64,000 nucleotides of DNA from Alphaproteobacteria bacterium (GCA_965221125.1 CBDCRW010000006.1:736001-800000); one strand, 5' to 3'. Positions 21,944 through 32,398 are shown, counted from the stretch's first letter. Numbers and translations are program-made. The notes: generated by a model not told the origin, from the sequence alone.

Positions 21944-22159
21944 TCAGCCGGTCTCGTGGATGCCCTGCTTCGGCAGCGGGATGCGCGGCTGCTCGATGCC
22001 GTCGGCCCGCGCGGTGAACCACTGGACGCACCAGTCGGAGCAGAAGAGCTGATCCTTGCCCTTCACGGTGGCGGAGATGCCCTCGTCGTAAATGAGCACG
22101 CCGCAGTTGTCGCACTTCACGTAGCGCTCGATGTAGTAACCGTTGTCGGAAAAGCGCAT
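21944..22159 (-). CDS. Small Cys-rich metal-binding (TRASH/YHS-like) protein
   Basis: 71 aa with CDNC...FCSDWC; RBS GGGAGGGAG; lies between hydantoinase genes. Confidence 0.7.
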   Translation of the reverse strand: MRFSDNGYYIERYVKCDNCGVLIYDEGISATVKGKDQLFCSDWCVQWFTARADGIEQPRIPLPKQGIHETG

Positions 22160-22263
22160 GCCGTCTCCCTCCCGCGTCCGGCTCTGGCCGCCGGCCCTCA
22201 GCAAGCGGCGCGAGTCTGGAGAGGAAGGCCGTGCGAGTCAATGTTGTGCAGCGCAGCAGGACC

Positions 22264-25200
22264 CTACTCCGCCGCTTCGTCCGCGCCCGGATCGTAGCCG
22301 TAGTCGCGCGCGGCCTCCGCCTCGGTGAGGTAGCCGCGGCTGAGGTCGGCGGCGACGCGGGCGCGGGCGCGGGCGCGCGGATCGCCCAGGCCGCCGCCGC
22401 CGGGCGTGCGCACCTGCACCGTGTCCCCCGGCGCCAGGCGATAACCCTCGCCCTTGGAGAGATGCGGCGGCTCCTCGACCTGGTTGCCGCGGCGCACCTC
22501 GATGCGGTTGCAGGCGCCGGGCAGGCCGCCCGCGAGGCCGTGCGGGCCGGTGCGGCCGTGGTCCATCATGAAGGACGCCTTGGCCTCGCCCCGGAGCAGG
22601 CGGACGCGGTAGCTCACGCCGAAGCCGCCCCGGTGGCGGCCGGCGCCGCCCGAGCCCTCGCGCAGCGCGTACTCCTCGAACAGGATGGGGTAGTGCTGCT
22701 CCAGGATCTCTGCCGGCTGGGTCTTGGAGATGCCGACCGACGAGCAGCCGTTGGTGAGGCCGTCATCCGCCCACCAGCCGCCGTAGCCGCCGCCGGAGAA
22801 GATGTACATGACGTAGCGGCGGCCCTCGGCCGGATCGTCGCCGCCCAGGCTGAAGTTGCCGCTGGTGCCGGCGGGGGCAGCGAACATGCGCTCCGGCATG
22901 GCCTGGCCCAAAGCGCCGAACACCGCCTCCATGATGCGCTGCGCCGTCTCGGCCGCGCAGCCGGAGACGGGCCTCGGATACTCCGCGTAGAGGAAGGTAT
23001 CGTGGGGCGGCTCCACAGCGATGGGGCGGAAGCAGCCGGCGTTGATCGGCACGTCCGGGAAGGTGTGCTTGATCGCGCAGTAGACCGAGGCGAGCGTCGT
23101 CGCCCAGACCGAGTTGACCGGCCCGCGGCAGGGCGGGCTGGAGCCTCCGAAATCCACGGCGAGGTCGCTGCCGTCCACGACGACGCGCGCCCGGACCTCC
23201 AGCGGCGCGTCGTCCACGCCGTCGGAATCCATGTAGCTGGAGAAGACGTACGCGCCGTCGGGCACGGAGGCGATGTGGGCGCGCATGCGGCGTTCCGAGC
23301 GCTCCTTGAGCGCCTCGATGGCGGCGTTGACCGTAGCCTCCCCGTGCTTGTCGAGGAGCTGGGTCAGCCGCCGCTCGCCCACCGAAAGCGCGCCGATCTG
23401 GGCGCGGATGTCGCCGATCCGCTCCTCCGGCACACGGATGTTGGCGAGCACAATCTGCAGGATGTCGTCGTCGAGCTCACCGCGCCTGTGCAGCTTGACC
23501 GGCGGCAGCCTTAGCCCCTCCTGCTGGATCTCGGTCGCCTGCGAGGGGAAGCCGCCCGGCACCATGCCGCCGGTATCGGGCCAGTGGCCGGTGTTGGAGA
23601 GGCAGGCCCAGAGCCTGCCCTTGTAGAAAAACGGCCGCACCATCTTGACGTCCATCAGGTGGGTGCCGCCGAAATAGGGGTCGTTGACCAGCACGATGTC
23701 GCCGGGCTCCAGGTCGTCGCGCGCCTCGATCACGGCCTGCGTGGTGGACTGCATGACACCGAGAAAGATCGGCAGCCCAAGCTCGCCCTGCGCGATGATC
23801 TGGCCGGTCTCGGGATCGTAGATGCCGTTGGAGCGGTCGTAGGCCTCCGAGATCACCGGCGAGAACGAGGTGCGCTGGTGCACCAGGTCCATCTCGCTCG
23901 CGACCTGCTGGAGGCCGCTCTCGATCACCGCGAGCGTGACCGGATCGAGCGCATCGGCGGTGCCGTCGCTGGCCTCCGCCGCCGCCTGCGGCACGGTGAG
24001 CACGAGGTTGCCGAGGGCATCGGCGCGGGCTTCGGAGCCGGGCTCCACCAGGATCGTGGTGTCGAGCTGCTGGACGATGGCGGGACCCTGGATCGCGGCA
24101 TCGCCGGGCAGGGCGTCGCGCCGGTATATCGGCGTCTCCACCCAGGCGCCGTCGAAATGCACCGGCCGGGTCTCGATCAGCGCCGAGGCCAGCGTCGCCC
24201 CGCCGTCCTCGCTCGCGAGCGTGAGGTCGAGGGTCGGGCGGATGCCGCAGACGGTGGTGCGCAGGTTGACCAGGATCGGCTGCATCTCCGGCAGCACGAT
24301 ATCGAAGCGCTCGCGGTAGAGCGCGGCGAAGGCGTCGCGGACTGCTGCCCCGTCGAAGCCGCCCTCCCCCACCGGCACGCGGAAGACGTGACTCTGGCCG
24401 CGGTAGAAGAGGTCGGCCTCGTGCTCGACCTCGACGGCGGTGACGGTGCCTCCCTCCTCCGCCAGCAGCGCCCGGCCCTCCACCGCCTGGTCCGCCAGGA
24501 TGCGGTCGGCCTCCGCCGCGTCCACGTCTTCGAGCGGCTGGTGCAGGGTGCGGACGAAGTCGTGGCGCACGTCGGCCAGCACGCAGCCGAGCGCCGAGGT
24601 GATGCCGGGGTAGCGCGGCACCAGCACATGGGGCACGCCGAGCTCGCGGGCGATCGCGGTCGCGTGCATCGGCCCCGCGCCGCCGAAGGCGAAGAGGGCG
24701 AAGTCGCGCGGGTCGTGCCCCTTGTCCACCGAGACCAGCCGGGCCGCGCCCGCCATCTGGTGGTCCACGACCTTGAGGATTGCGGCGGCGGCCTCCGTCT
24801 CGTCGAGCCCTAAGGGCTCGCCGATCTTCTCACGGACGATGCGGCGCACCGCGTCGATGTCGGGCGGGCTCTCGAGGCCGCCGATGGCGCCGGCGTCGAT
24901 GCGGCCGAGCAGCAGGTTGGCGTCGGTCACTGTGGGCTCGCGCCCGCCCCGGCCGTAGCAGATGGGCCCCGGCGCCGCGCCAGCGCTCTCGGGGCCTACG
25001 CGCAGGATGCCGCCCTCGTCCACCCGCGCGATACTGCCGCCGCCCGCGCCGATGGTCTGGATGTCCACCATGGGCACGCGGAGCGGCATGCCGTAGGCGA
25101 TGTCCTTCTCCGTCGTCGTGGCCGGCACGCCGCCCCGCACGATGGCGATGTCGAAGCTGGTGCCGCCCATGTCGCAGCTGATGAGGTTGGGGAAGCCGGC

Positions 25201-26031
25201 GGCGGCGCCCAGGCGCGCGGCCGCGATGACGCCGGCAGCCGGCCCGGACATGACCGTCTGCACCGCCTTCTCGCCCGCGATGCCGGCGGTCATCATGCCG
25301 CCGTTGCCCTGCATCACCAGCAGCTCGGACTCGACCGCGCCGGCCTTGAGCCGGGCCGCGATGCGGTCGAGATAGCGGGTCATGATGGGCTGGATGTAGC
25401 CGTTGAGCGCCGCCGTGCTGCCACGCTCGAACTCGCGCACCTCGCGCAGGATGTCGGAGCCGAGCGTGATCGGCACGTCGGGCCAGACCTCGCGCGCGAT
25501 CTCGCCGGCGCGGCGCTCGTGGTCGGGATTGAGGTAGGCGTGGATGAAGTGGATGACGAGCGCCTCGGCGCCCGCCGTCCGCGCCGCTTCGACTGCCTCC
25601 CTCACCTCGTCTTCGTCGAGTGCTGTCACCACCGCGCCCGAAGCATCGATCCGCCCCGTCACCTCGAAGCGGCGCTCGCGCGGCACGATGGGCTCGAAGC
25701 TGCCGAACATGCCCCACGGGTTGGGCCGGGTGCGCCGGCCAAGCTCCAGCGTGTCGCGAAAACCCCGGGTGGTGACGAGGGCGCAGCGCACGCCCTTGCG
25801 CTCCAGCACCGCGTTGGTGCCGACCGTGGTGCCGTGGACGACCGTCTCGAAGCCGTCCGCCGCCTCGCCGAGCGCGGCCAGGCCCGCCATGAAGCCGTCC
25901 GACTGGTCGGCGGGCGTCGACGGCACCTTGGCGATGCGCATGCCGCCGGAGGCCTGATCCACCAGCAGCAGGTCGGTGAACGTACCGCCGACGTCGACAC
26001 CGAGGCGGCTTCGGGCCGGCGCCTCGCTCAT
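22264..26031 (-). CDS. Fused hydantoinase A-B / 5-oxoprolinase-type ATP-dependent lactamase
   Basis: 1255 aa; N-half GVDVGGTFTD/DMGGTSFD, C-half NDPYFGGTHLMD/QEGLRLPP/PGGGG. Confidence 0.92.
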   Translation of the reverse strand: MSEAPARSRLGVDVGGTFTDLLLVDQASGGMRIAKVPSTPADQSDGFMAGLAALGEAADGFETVVHGTTVGTNAVLERKGVRCALVTTRGFRDTLELGRRTRPNPWGMFGSFEPIVPRERRFEVTGRIDASGAVVTALDEDEVREAVEAARTAGAEALVIHFIHAYLNPDHERRAGEIAREVWPDVPITLGSDILREVREFERGSTAALNGYIQPIMTRYLDRIAARLKAGAVESELLVMQGNGGMMTAGIAGEKAVQTVMSGPAAGVIAAARLGAAAGFPNLISCDMGGTSFDIAIVRGGVPATTTEKDIAYGMPLRVPMVDIQTIGAGGGSIARVDEGGILRVGPESAGAAPGPICYGRGGREPTVTDANLLLGRIDAGAIGGLESPPDIDAVRRIVREKIGEPLGLDETEAAAAILKVVDHQMAGAARLVSVDKGHDPRDFALFAFGGAGPMHATAIARELGVPHVLVPRYPGITSALGCVLADVRHDFVRTLHQPLEDVDAAEADRILADQAVEGRALLAEEGGTVTAVEVEHEADLFYRGQSHVFRVPVGEGGFDGAAVRDAFAALYRERFDIVLPEMQPILVNLRTTVCGIRPTLDLTLASEDGGATLASALIETRPVHFDGAWVETPIYRRDALPGDAAIQGPAIVQQLDTTILVEPGSEARADALGNLVLTVPQAAAEASDGTADALDPVTLAVIESGLQQVASEMDLVHQRTSFSPVISEAYDRSNGIYDPETGQIIAQGELGLPIFLGVMQSTTQAVIEARDDLEPGDIVLVNDPYFGGTHLMDVKMVRPFFYKGRLWACLSNTGHWPDTGGMVPGGFPSQATEIQQEGLRLPPVKLHRRGELDDDILQIVLANIRVPEERIGDIRAQIGALSVGERRLTQLLDKHGEATVNAAIEALKERSERRMRAHIASVPDGAYVFSSYMDSDGVDDAPLEVRARVVVDGSDLAVDFGGSSPPCRGPVNSVWATTLASVYCAIKHTFPDVPINAGCFRPIAVEPPHDTFLYAEYPRPVSGCAAETAQRIMEAVFGALGQAMPERMFAAPAGTSGNFSLGGDDPAEGRRYVMYIFSGGGYGGWWADDGLTNGCSSVGISKTQPAEILEQHYPILFEEYALREGSGGAGRHRGGFGVSYRVRLLRGEAKASFMMDHGRTGPHGLAGGLPGACNRIEVRRGNQVEEPPHLSKGEGYRLAPGDTVQVRTPGGGGLGDPRARARARVAADLSRGYLTEAEAARDYGYDPGADEAAE

Positions 26032-26996
26032 GCGCCGCCGCCTGCGTCGCTGTCCGCGCCGTCGCCGGGCGCGGGCAGTCCCAGGCCCTCCAGCGCATCC
26101 CGCATCAGCTCCAGCGCCATCCGCAGCAGGCGGTAGGAGGCCTCGGCGGTCATGAAGGCGGCGTGGGGCGTGATCGTCACGTTCTCCAGCGCCGCCAGGG
26201 GATGAGAGCCGTCGATGGGCTCGTCGGCGAAGACGTCGAGGCCGGCGGCGCGGATCTTGCCGGCCCGCAGGACCTCGATTAGCGCCGCCTCGTCGATGAC
26301 CGCGCCGCGCGCGGTGTTGATAAGCATGGCGCCGGGGCGCAGCAGGGCGAGGCGGCGCGCGTCGATCATGCCCCTGGTCTCGTCGTTGAGGCCAAGGTGG
26401 AGCGAGACCACGTGGGCTTCGCTCAGCAGCGCATCGAGGCTTTCAGCCGCCGTGCAGGCGAGGTCGGACGGCACGCCGCTCCGGTTCCAGGCAATGACGT
26501 TCATGCCGATCCCGGCGCCGAGGCGCACCATCTCGCGCCCGACGCCGCCGGTGCCGACCACACCGAGCGTCTTGCCCGCGAACTCGACGCCATCCAGCGT
26601 CTGCCAGGAGCCGTTGCGGAGCGCACGGTCCATCCGCGCGGTCTGGCGGCCGCAGTCGAACATCAGCGCCAGCGCGTGCTCGGCGACCGTGACGTCGCCA
26701 TAGCCCTTGATGGTGCGCACCTCGATGCCGAGTTTTTGCGCCGCCGCCACGTCGATGTAGCTCGACGCGCCCGTGCCCATGAAGACGATGACCTTGAGCG
26801 CGCGGCAGGCGGCGAGCACCTCCTCCGTCATGTAGGTGTGGTCGTTGATGACGCCGACGGCATCGCCGACGTAGGCCGCAATGTCGTTGCCCGGCACGTC
26901 GTCGATGGTCATGGCGAGGTCGGGGACGATGGCCCGGAGCTCGTCGTCGTAGAGATCGGCCAGGAAGGAAGGACAGTCGAAGAAGATTGCGCGCAC
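26028..26996 (-). CDS. D-isomer-specific 2-hydroxyacid dehydrogenase family protein
   Basis: GVVGTGGVG, INTARG, GLDVFADEP, TPHAA. Confidence 0.9.
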   Translation of the reverse strand: MRAIFFDCPSFLADLYDDELRAIVPDLAMTIDDVPGNDIAAYVGDAVGVINDHTYMTEEVLAACRALKVIVFMGTGASSYIDVAAAQKLGIEVRTIKGYGDVTVAEHALALMFDCGRQTARMDRALRNGSWQTLDGVEFAGKTLGVVGTGGVGREMVRLGAGIGMNVIAWNRSGVPSDLACTAAESLDALLSEAHVVSLHLGLNDETRGMIDARRLALLRPGAMLINTARGAVIDEAALIEVLRAGKIRAAGLDVFADEPIDGSHPLAALENVTITPHAAFMTAEASYRLLRMALELMRDALEGLGLPAPGDGADSDAGGGA

Positions 26997-27064
26997 CGCT
27001 CGCCTCCAGGATCGCTATGGGCGGCCGATTGTAGCAGGCGCCGCCGCCGGCGCCTTGGCGGGGC

Positions 27065-28063
27065 TCACGACGGCGCGGCCTTGACCGTACGCCGCCGGGC
27101 GCCGGTGTTGACCAGCCAGAGGCCCACCACCATGCACGCGAGCGCCGCCCACACCCAGAGCCCGAGGGTCTCGTCGAAGATGATCAGCGCCCAGAAGATG
27201 CCGGCGGCCACCACCAGGTAGTTGAACTGCGCGAAGAAGACCGCACCGGCGCGCTGCGTCACCTCCTGGAAGCAGTAGAAGGTGACGCAGTGGATCGCCG
27301 CGGCCCAGGCCATGCCGGCGATGCCGTGCCAGCCTGCGTGCGTGAAGAGGAAGGGGCCGTCCGCCACCAGCATCACCGGCAGCATCACCGCTGCGGCGGC
27401 GAGCAGGATGCCGCAGGCGAGCGCGAGCGAGCGCGTCTGCGGCGGCCGGTAGGCGGCAGCGACGACGTTGGAGCCCGCAGCCGCGACCGCCGCGATCAGC
27501 GCCACCAGCATCCACACCCAGGCGCCGGCCTCGGGCAGGCCCTGGTCGGGCAGCACGATCAGCAGCACCCCGCCCGCGCCGAGCGCGAGACCTGCGAGGC
27601 TCAGCGCCTCGAAGCGCTCCAGCCGCATGGCGAAGGACATCAGGTACGTGAGCCCCGGCACCAGGGTGAGCACCAGGGTGATGACGCCGGCGGGCAGCTC
27701 GCGCGCGGCGAAGGCGGTCGCCAGCACCGGCAGCATCACCGCGAGCAGGGCGAGGCGGAGGTACTGCAGCAGGTGCGCGCGGCTCACCGGCGGCAGATTG
27801 CCGCTCAAGGCGCCCACGATCAGGAGCGCAAGGCCGGCGAAGAGCGCGATCCAGAAGGTGTAGGCGAAGACGGGGAACGAGACCCCGGCCGCGAGCTTGT
27901 TGGCCGAGAAGATGCCGCCGTAGGAGATGCCGCCCAGCAGCAGGAGCAGCGTCGGCACGATGAGCGCGCGCCCGCGCAGGCGCCCGGCGTCCCCCGTGCC
28001 GTCATCCGGCCCGCCGCCTTGTGGAGCGTTCTTATCTGGCGGCGCTGCCGACATCGCCGCCAC
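27065..28063 (-). CDS. DMT/EamA family transporter
   Basis: About ten hydrophobic segments in two EamA-like repeats. Confidence 0.85.
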   Translation of the reverse strand: MAAMSAAPPDKNAPQGGGPDDGTGDAGRLRGRALIVPTLLLLLGGISYGGIFSANKLAAGVSFPVFAYTFWIALFAGLALLIVGALSGNLPPVSRAHLLQYLRLALLAVMLPVLATAFAARELPAGVITLVLTLVPGLTYLMSFAMRLERFEALSLAGLALGAGGVLLIVLPDQGLPEAGAWVWMLVALIAAVAAAGSNVVAAAYRPPQTRSLALACGILLAAAAVMLPVMLVADGPFLFTHAGWHGIAGMAWAAAIHCVTFYCFQEVTQRAGAVFFAQFNYLVVAAGIFWALIIFDETLGLWVWAALACMVVGLWLVNTGARRRTVKAAPS

Positions 28064-28131
28064 GGTAGCGGCGGGAGGCGTGCGAGGTCCAGGGCGGCTG
28101 CGGGCCAGCGCCCAGACAGACTATCGACGCG

Positions 28132-29277
28132 CTAGAAACACGCCTCCAGCAGCGCTCGCGTGTTCTCCGCCGTCATGGGGACCGGGTTGCCGCCGGCGGT
28201 GGGGTCGTCGAGGGCCATGGCGGTGAGGTCGTCGAGGCGGTCGGCGGTCACACCCATGGCGCTTAGCGTCTTGGGGGTGCGCAAGGTCTCGCGCAGCTCC
28301 AGCACGCGCTCGTGGAAGGCCGCGTAGCCGCCCGCGATCCCGAGATAGGCGGCGGCGTGGGTGAGGCGCTCCTCCACCGCAGGGCGGTTCATGTCGAGCA
28401 CGTAGGGCATGACGCAGGCGTTGGTGGTGCCGTGGTGGGTGTCGAACACCGCGCCCACCGGGTGGCTCAGCGCGTGGATCGCGCCGAGGCCCTTCTGGAA
28501 CGCCGTGGCGCCCATGGAGGCTGCGGCCATCATGTGGCCGCGCGCCTCGATATCGCCGCCGTCGGCGTAGGCGCGGCAGAGGTTCTCGTGCACGAGGCGC
28601 ATCCCCTCCAGCGCGATGCCCTGGCCCATGGGGTGGTAGAAGGGCGAGCAGTAGGCCTCCAGGCAGTGGGCGAAGGCGTCCATCCCCGTGCCGGCCGTGA
28701 TCGGCTTCGGCATGCCGACGGTGAGCTCCGGGTCGGCGATCACCACCACGGGCAGCACCCTGGGGTGGAAGATGATCTTCTTCACGTGCGTCGCGGAGTT
28801 GGTGATGACGCTGGCGCGGCCTACCTCCGACCCCGTGCCGGCGGTGGTGGGGACGGCGACCGTCGGCGCGATGGCGTCGGCATCGGCGCGGGTCCACCAG
28901 TCGCCCACGTCCTCAAAATCCCAGACCGGGCGGGTCTGGCCGGCCATGAAGGCGACCATCTTGCCGAGGTCGAGCGCGGACCCGCCGCCGAAGGCGACGA
29001 CGCCGTCATGCTCGCCCGCGCGAAAGGCGGCGACGCCGGCATCGAGGTTCTTCTCGGTGGGATTGGCGTCGACGCCGGAGAAGACCGCGCGGCCGAGCCC
29101 GCTCGCCTCCAGGATATCGAGCGCGGCCTGCGTCATCGGCAGCGAGGCCAGGCCCCGGTCGGTCACGAAGAGCGGTCTCTCGATGCCGGCCTCGGCGCAG
29201 GCGGCCGGCAGCTCGGTGACGCGGCCTGCGCCGAAGCGGATGGCGGTGGGATAGGACCAGTTGGCGGTGAGCGTCAT
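28132..29277 (-). CDS. Iron-containing alcohol dehydrogenase
   Basis: GGGSALD, PTTAGTGSE, GMDAFAHCLE, HALSH, HHG. Confidence 0.93.
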   Translation of the reverse strand: MTLTANWSYPTAIRFGAGRVTELPAACAEAGIERPLFVTDRGLASLPMTQAALDILEASGLGRAVFSGVDANPTEKNLDAGVAAFRAGEHDGVVAFGGGSALDLGKMVAFMAGQTRPVWDFEDVGDWWTRADADAIAPTVAVPTTAGTGSEVGRASVITNSATHVKKIIFHPRVLPVVVIADPELTVGMPKPITAGTGMDAFAHCLEAYCSPFYHPMGQGIALEGMRLVHENLCRAYADGGDIEARGHMMAAASMGATAFQKGLGAIHALSHPVGAVFDTHHGTTNACVMPYVLDMNRPAVEERLTHAAAYLGIAGGYAAFHERVLELRETLRTPKTLSAMGVTADRLDDLTAMALDDPTAGGNPVPMTAENTRALLEACF

Positions 29278-29324
29278 GGCGCGGCCTTCCGGATGTGAAG
29301 GGTCTCGGGCCGGACGCGCGCGGA

Positions 29325-29855
29325 TCATCCGGCGCCCGGCGAAGACCCTCCATACAGTGCCCCGGCGATGACGGCGAGGGGAAGCACGAGCTTGAGCGGA
29401 TCGTCCACGAGCGGCACGGCGCCGAAGCGCTCATACCAGCGAACGGCGTTCCGGTCCTTCGCGTCGATGGCGAGCGCGACGCCGCCCACTTCATCCGCGA
29501 CGGCAAGAGCGCGCGCGCCGGTCGCCAGCAACAGATCGCCGCCGAGCCCCTTGCGCTGCACGGATCGATCGACCGCCAGACGACCCAACCGGAAAACCGG
29601 CACGTCGTAGCGGCCGAGGCTCCGCGTTACGGTCTCCGGCACATCGGCGAAGGCGATGGCGCCGGGGCTGATCGTGTAGAAGCCGAGAATGCGGGCCGGT
29701 TCGGTCTCGGACACGGCAACGAACGTCTTGGCCCCGCCGGAGGCATGGTTCTGCCGGGCGTAGCGGCGGAGATAACTGTTGAGGTTCTCAACCCCGCAAT
29801 CGAAGTTTTTGCGGTCGTGATGGCGGCCGATGGGCTCTTCCCGCCAGTCCGGCAA
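29325..29855 (-). CDS. GNAT acetyltransferase toxin (AtaT/TacT type)
   Basis: FDCG..LN.YL, ILGFYTI, LGRLAVD..QRKGLG, WYERFG; downstream of DUF1778 gene. Confidence 0.88.
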   Translation of the reverse strand: MPDWREEPIGRHHDRKNFDCGVENLNSYLRRYARQNHASGGAKTFVAVSETEPARILGFYTISPGAIAFADVPETVTRSLGRYDVPVFRLGRLAVDRSVQRKGLGGDLLLATGARALAVADEVGGVALAIDAKDRNAVRWYERFGAVPLVDDPLKLVLPLAVIAGALYGGSSPGAG

Positions 29856-29860
29856 CGGGC

Positions 29861-30139
29861 CTAGCCGCGTGCAGCGCGCCGGCGTGCCGCTTCCATCAGG
29901 GCAGGCGTTGGCTCGGGCGGAGTCTCCAGCAGCGCCAGCACGCGCTCGCTGTCGCGCCGGGAGAGCACGATGCGCTCGGCCCGATCCATAACCTCCCGTG
30001 CGGCAGGCAGTGCGTTGCGCATGATGAAACTGGTCAGGTCCAACCTCTCGTGAGCAGCGGCGGCAGTCAGCAGCCGCTTCTCATCGCTGGTGGCCCGCAA
30101 CTCGATTCGCTCCTCGCGCGGCGCGGCGGTCGCCGGCAT
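29861..30139 (-). CDS. DUF1778 ribbon-helix-helix antitoxin
   Basis: ERIELRAT.DEK.LL..AA, IVLS, LETPPEPTPAL. Confidence 0.88.
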   Translation of the reverse strand: MPATAAPREERIELRATSDEKRLLTAAAAHERLDLTSFIMRNALPAAREVMDRAERIVLSRRDSERVLALLETPPEPTPALMEAARRRAARG

Positions 30140-30162
30140 GGCGCCCTCCCCGTTTCGACTAA

Positions 30163-30183
30163 TGTACGGATTACATACGGACA
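30163..30183. promoter_or_regulatory. Probable antitoxin operator (imperfect palindrome)
   Basis: TGTACGGATTACATACGGACA, 14/21 self-complementary, just upstream of the antitoxin start. Confidence 0.45.
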
Positions 30184-30966
30184 GATCCGCGTCCGTCAAG
30201 GCCCGTCCGTGCTCGCCATTTGTGCACGCGCGTTCAGCCCAGGCTCACCGAGCGGCGCTTGCGGCCCCAGTCGCCCGGCGGGCCGCCGTCGCGGCCTGTC
30301 GCGCGTCCGTCAAAGTCGGACGCGCTGTAGCGGCGGTTCCCACAAATCAGGGACGACCGCCTCCGCTCGCTGGAGGCAGCCGTCCCCCCTCGCTGGGCCC
30401 GCGTACCGGTCGGGGCCCGGTCTTTCGTTTGTGTCTACCCCCGGAGAACGAAGTCTTCCGTTACGTGACGGGACGACGTGAACTCCTGTCGTGCGATGGT
30501 GCCCCTGGCTTACGAAGCGAGGCGGGTCACGGCATTATCCGCTTGCCCTACCCCTGGCCCCGACTTGCTGGCGGGGGACCCATCACGAGAAATCCTTTCT
30601 GCTCCACCTCCTTTGCCGGGCCGTGTTCTTCGACGGCGCTCAGCCATGCAGGGGAAGGTGCCTGACCGCTTTGATCCGGTCCAATACCGAATTCTCATGA
30701 CCCGCATAAGCGCCTCTTATGCAGAGATGGCATGGAAGCCGGGAGAGGAATACGTGGGGCATTGGCCGCCACTTTCATGGGCGGAGCGGGCGCCACAGCA
30801 GGTACTGACCCTCAACAGGAGTTATTCGACACAGCCGGGGCCGAAAGGCGCGGCCGTCGTCTACAATCACCGTGACGGAGGGCTCACCCTCGAGCCGCCG
30901 GCCGCGCCGCTCACTCCTGGCGCATGGAGCGGTACAAGAAGTCCGTCACCGGCTTGACCAGGACGC

Positions 30967-31677
30967 TCATGACTTACGGCATCCCGTAAGCAAGAGGAGC
31001 CGGATGACGGCGACCTGAAGGGGGTGCCGGCCTGCAAGGACCGACAGCCTTGAAGACAGGCGGCGGAGTTCGTCGTCGGTGAGAAAGCGCTTGCGCCCCT
31101 TGCGGCGATAGCGCCGGATGCCCCTGCAGGGGTTGGAATCCTTGGGCCGCAGGCCCATTCGTTCCGCTTCCCGCATGATGACGGACAGCACCGGCATGGA
31201 CCGGTCCGCCGCGACCGGCGTCGCGCCGAGCGAGGCGAACCAGATACGCACGTCCTCCGGTTCGATGTCGGCGATCCGGCGCCCCGCGAAATGCGGCAGG
31301 AGCTGTTTCCGCAGATAGCTCCGGTTCACGGCGAAGGTCCGGGCTTTCCAGATCCGCTCGTAACGGATGAACACGGTCTCGGCTATCGTCTCGAAGAGTG
31401 TTTCTTCGGGCGCGACAGGCAGGCCTTCGCCCCGCCGGATCGCGATAAGCATCTCGCCGGCGCGCAAGCGCGCCTCGCCGACGGTCATCGGTCCGGCGCT
31501 GCCGATGACCTTCCAGATGCGTTCCCCCGCATACTGGCAGTGGATGAAGAAACGCTTCTTGCCCGAGGGCAGAACCCGGACGCCGAAACCCCTGAGCTTG
31601 CCGTCGCGAACGTCGCGAGCGGTCTTGCGGGGCTTGAGCATTCTGACACGGGCTTCGGTAAGGGATTTCTTCCGCAT
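30967..31677 (-). pseudogene. C-terminally truncated tyrosine integrase (arm DNA-binding domain type)
   Basis: RDGKLRGFGVRVLPSGKK arm domain; ends at LLLLTGCRKS just after the first catalytic Arg, with no HxxR or Tyr. Confidence 0.8.
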
Positions 31678-31924
31678 GGTTCTTTCTCCAGGTTTCGGGA
31701 ACAGCCGGGTCGGCGGGCATTGCGTCGGCCACCGCCCGCCGGAGGAGTTCTGGAGAAAGACGAGCGCCAAACCAGTCGGCAGAGGACCGGGTATTTCCCC
31801 GGGAGGGCTGTCTTTCGGTGTCGCCGGCCAACCGCCCGGACGCCTCGCATGAAACGCCGATCGGGCGGACGCGCCCGGGCCGATGTGATTGCAGCCAGCG
31901 CGGACTCCTCCCAGGATGGCGCGC

Positions 31925-32398
31925 ATGAAGGCGCTTGAGAGTATTCTGGTGGAGTGCCCCGGGTGCGACCGGCAGGCGACCATCGACGCGGCTATGCTGG
32001 AATCCCGGCTCGATCGACCGCTCTCGATCAATTCCGTCGGACAGCTCTACGGAAGGCTGCGTTGCTCGGGCTGCGGCAGCACGAATATCCGCATCGGGGA
32101 CGCGGCCGGGCGAACGCTGATCGACCCTGCCGGGATTACCCTGTGCCGTGCCTGCGGCCGCCCCATTCCCCTGCCGCGCCTGGAAGCGTTGCCGGATGCG
32201 AACATATGCATGCCCTGCGCGGAAGACGGGGCGAAGCCGCCCGCCTCGCCTCCCTACCCCCAGCCGCCGGCCGACAAGCAAGAATGTCCGCGCTGCGGGC
32301 GCCCGACGATCGTTCGCCAGAATAGCGAGGACCAGGGGTATTTCCTGGGCTGCACGTCCTTTCCGAAGTGCCGCTGGACCCGGCCCCTCGATGAATAA
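31925..32398 (+). CDS. Multi-zinc-finger protein (DksA/TraR-like C4 finger + topoisomerase-type Zn ribbon)
   Basis: CPGC..CSGC; CRACGRPIPLPRLEALPDANICMPC; CPRC...FLGCTSFPKCRW. Confidence 0.7.
   Translation: MKALESILVECPGCDRQATIDAAMLESRLDRPLSINSVGQLYGRLRCSGCGSTNIRIGDAAGRTLIDPAGITLCRACGRPIPLPRLEALPDANICMPCAEDGAKPPASPPYPQPPADKQECPRCGRPTIVRQNSEDQGYFLGCTSFPKCRWTRPLDE

Noticed and set aside
30478-30957. 159-aa plus-strand ORF
   Set aside because: No motif or clear start; probably a remnant.
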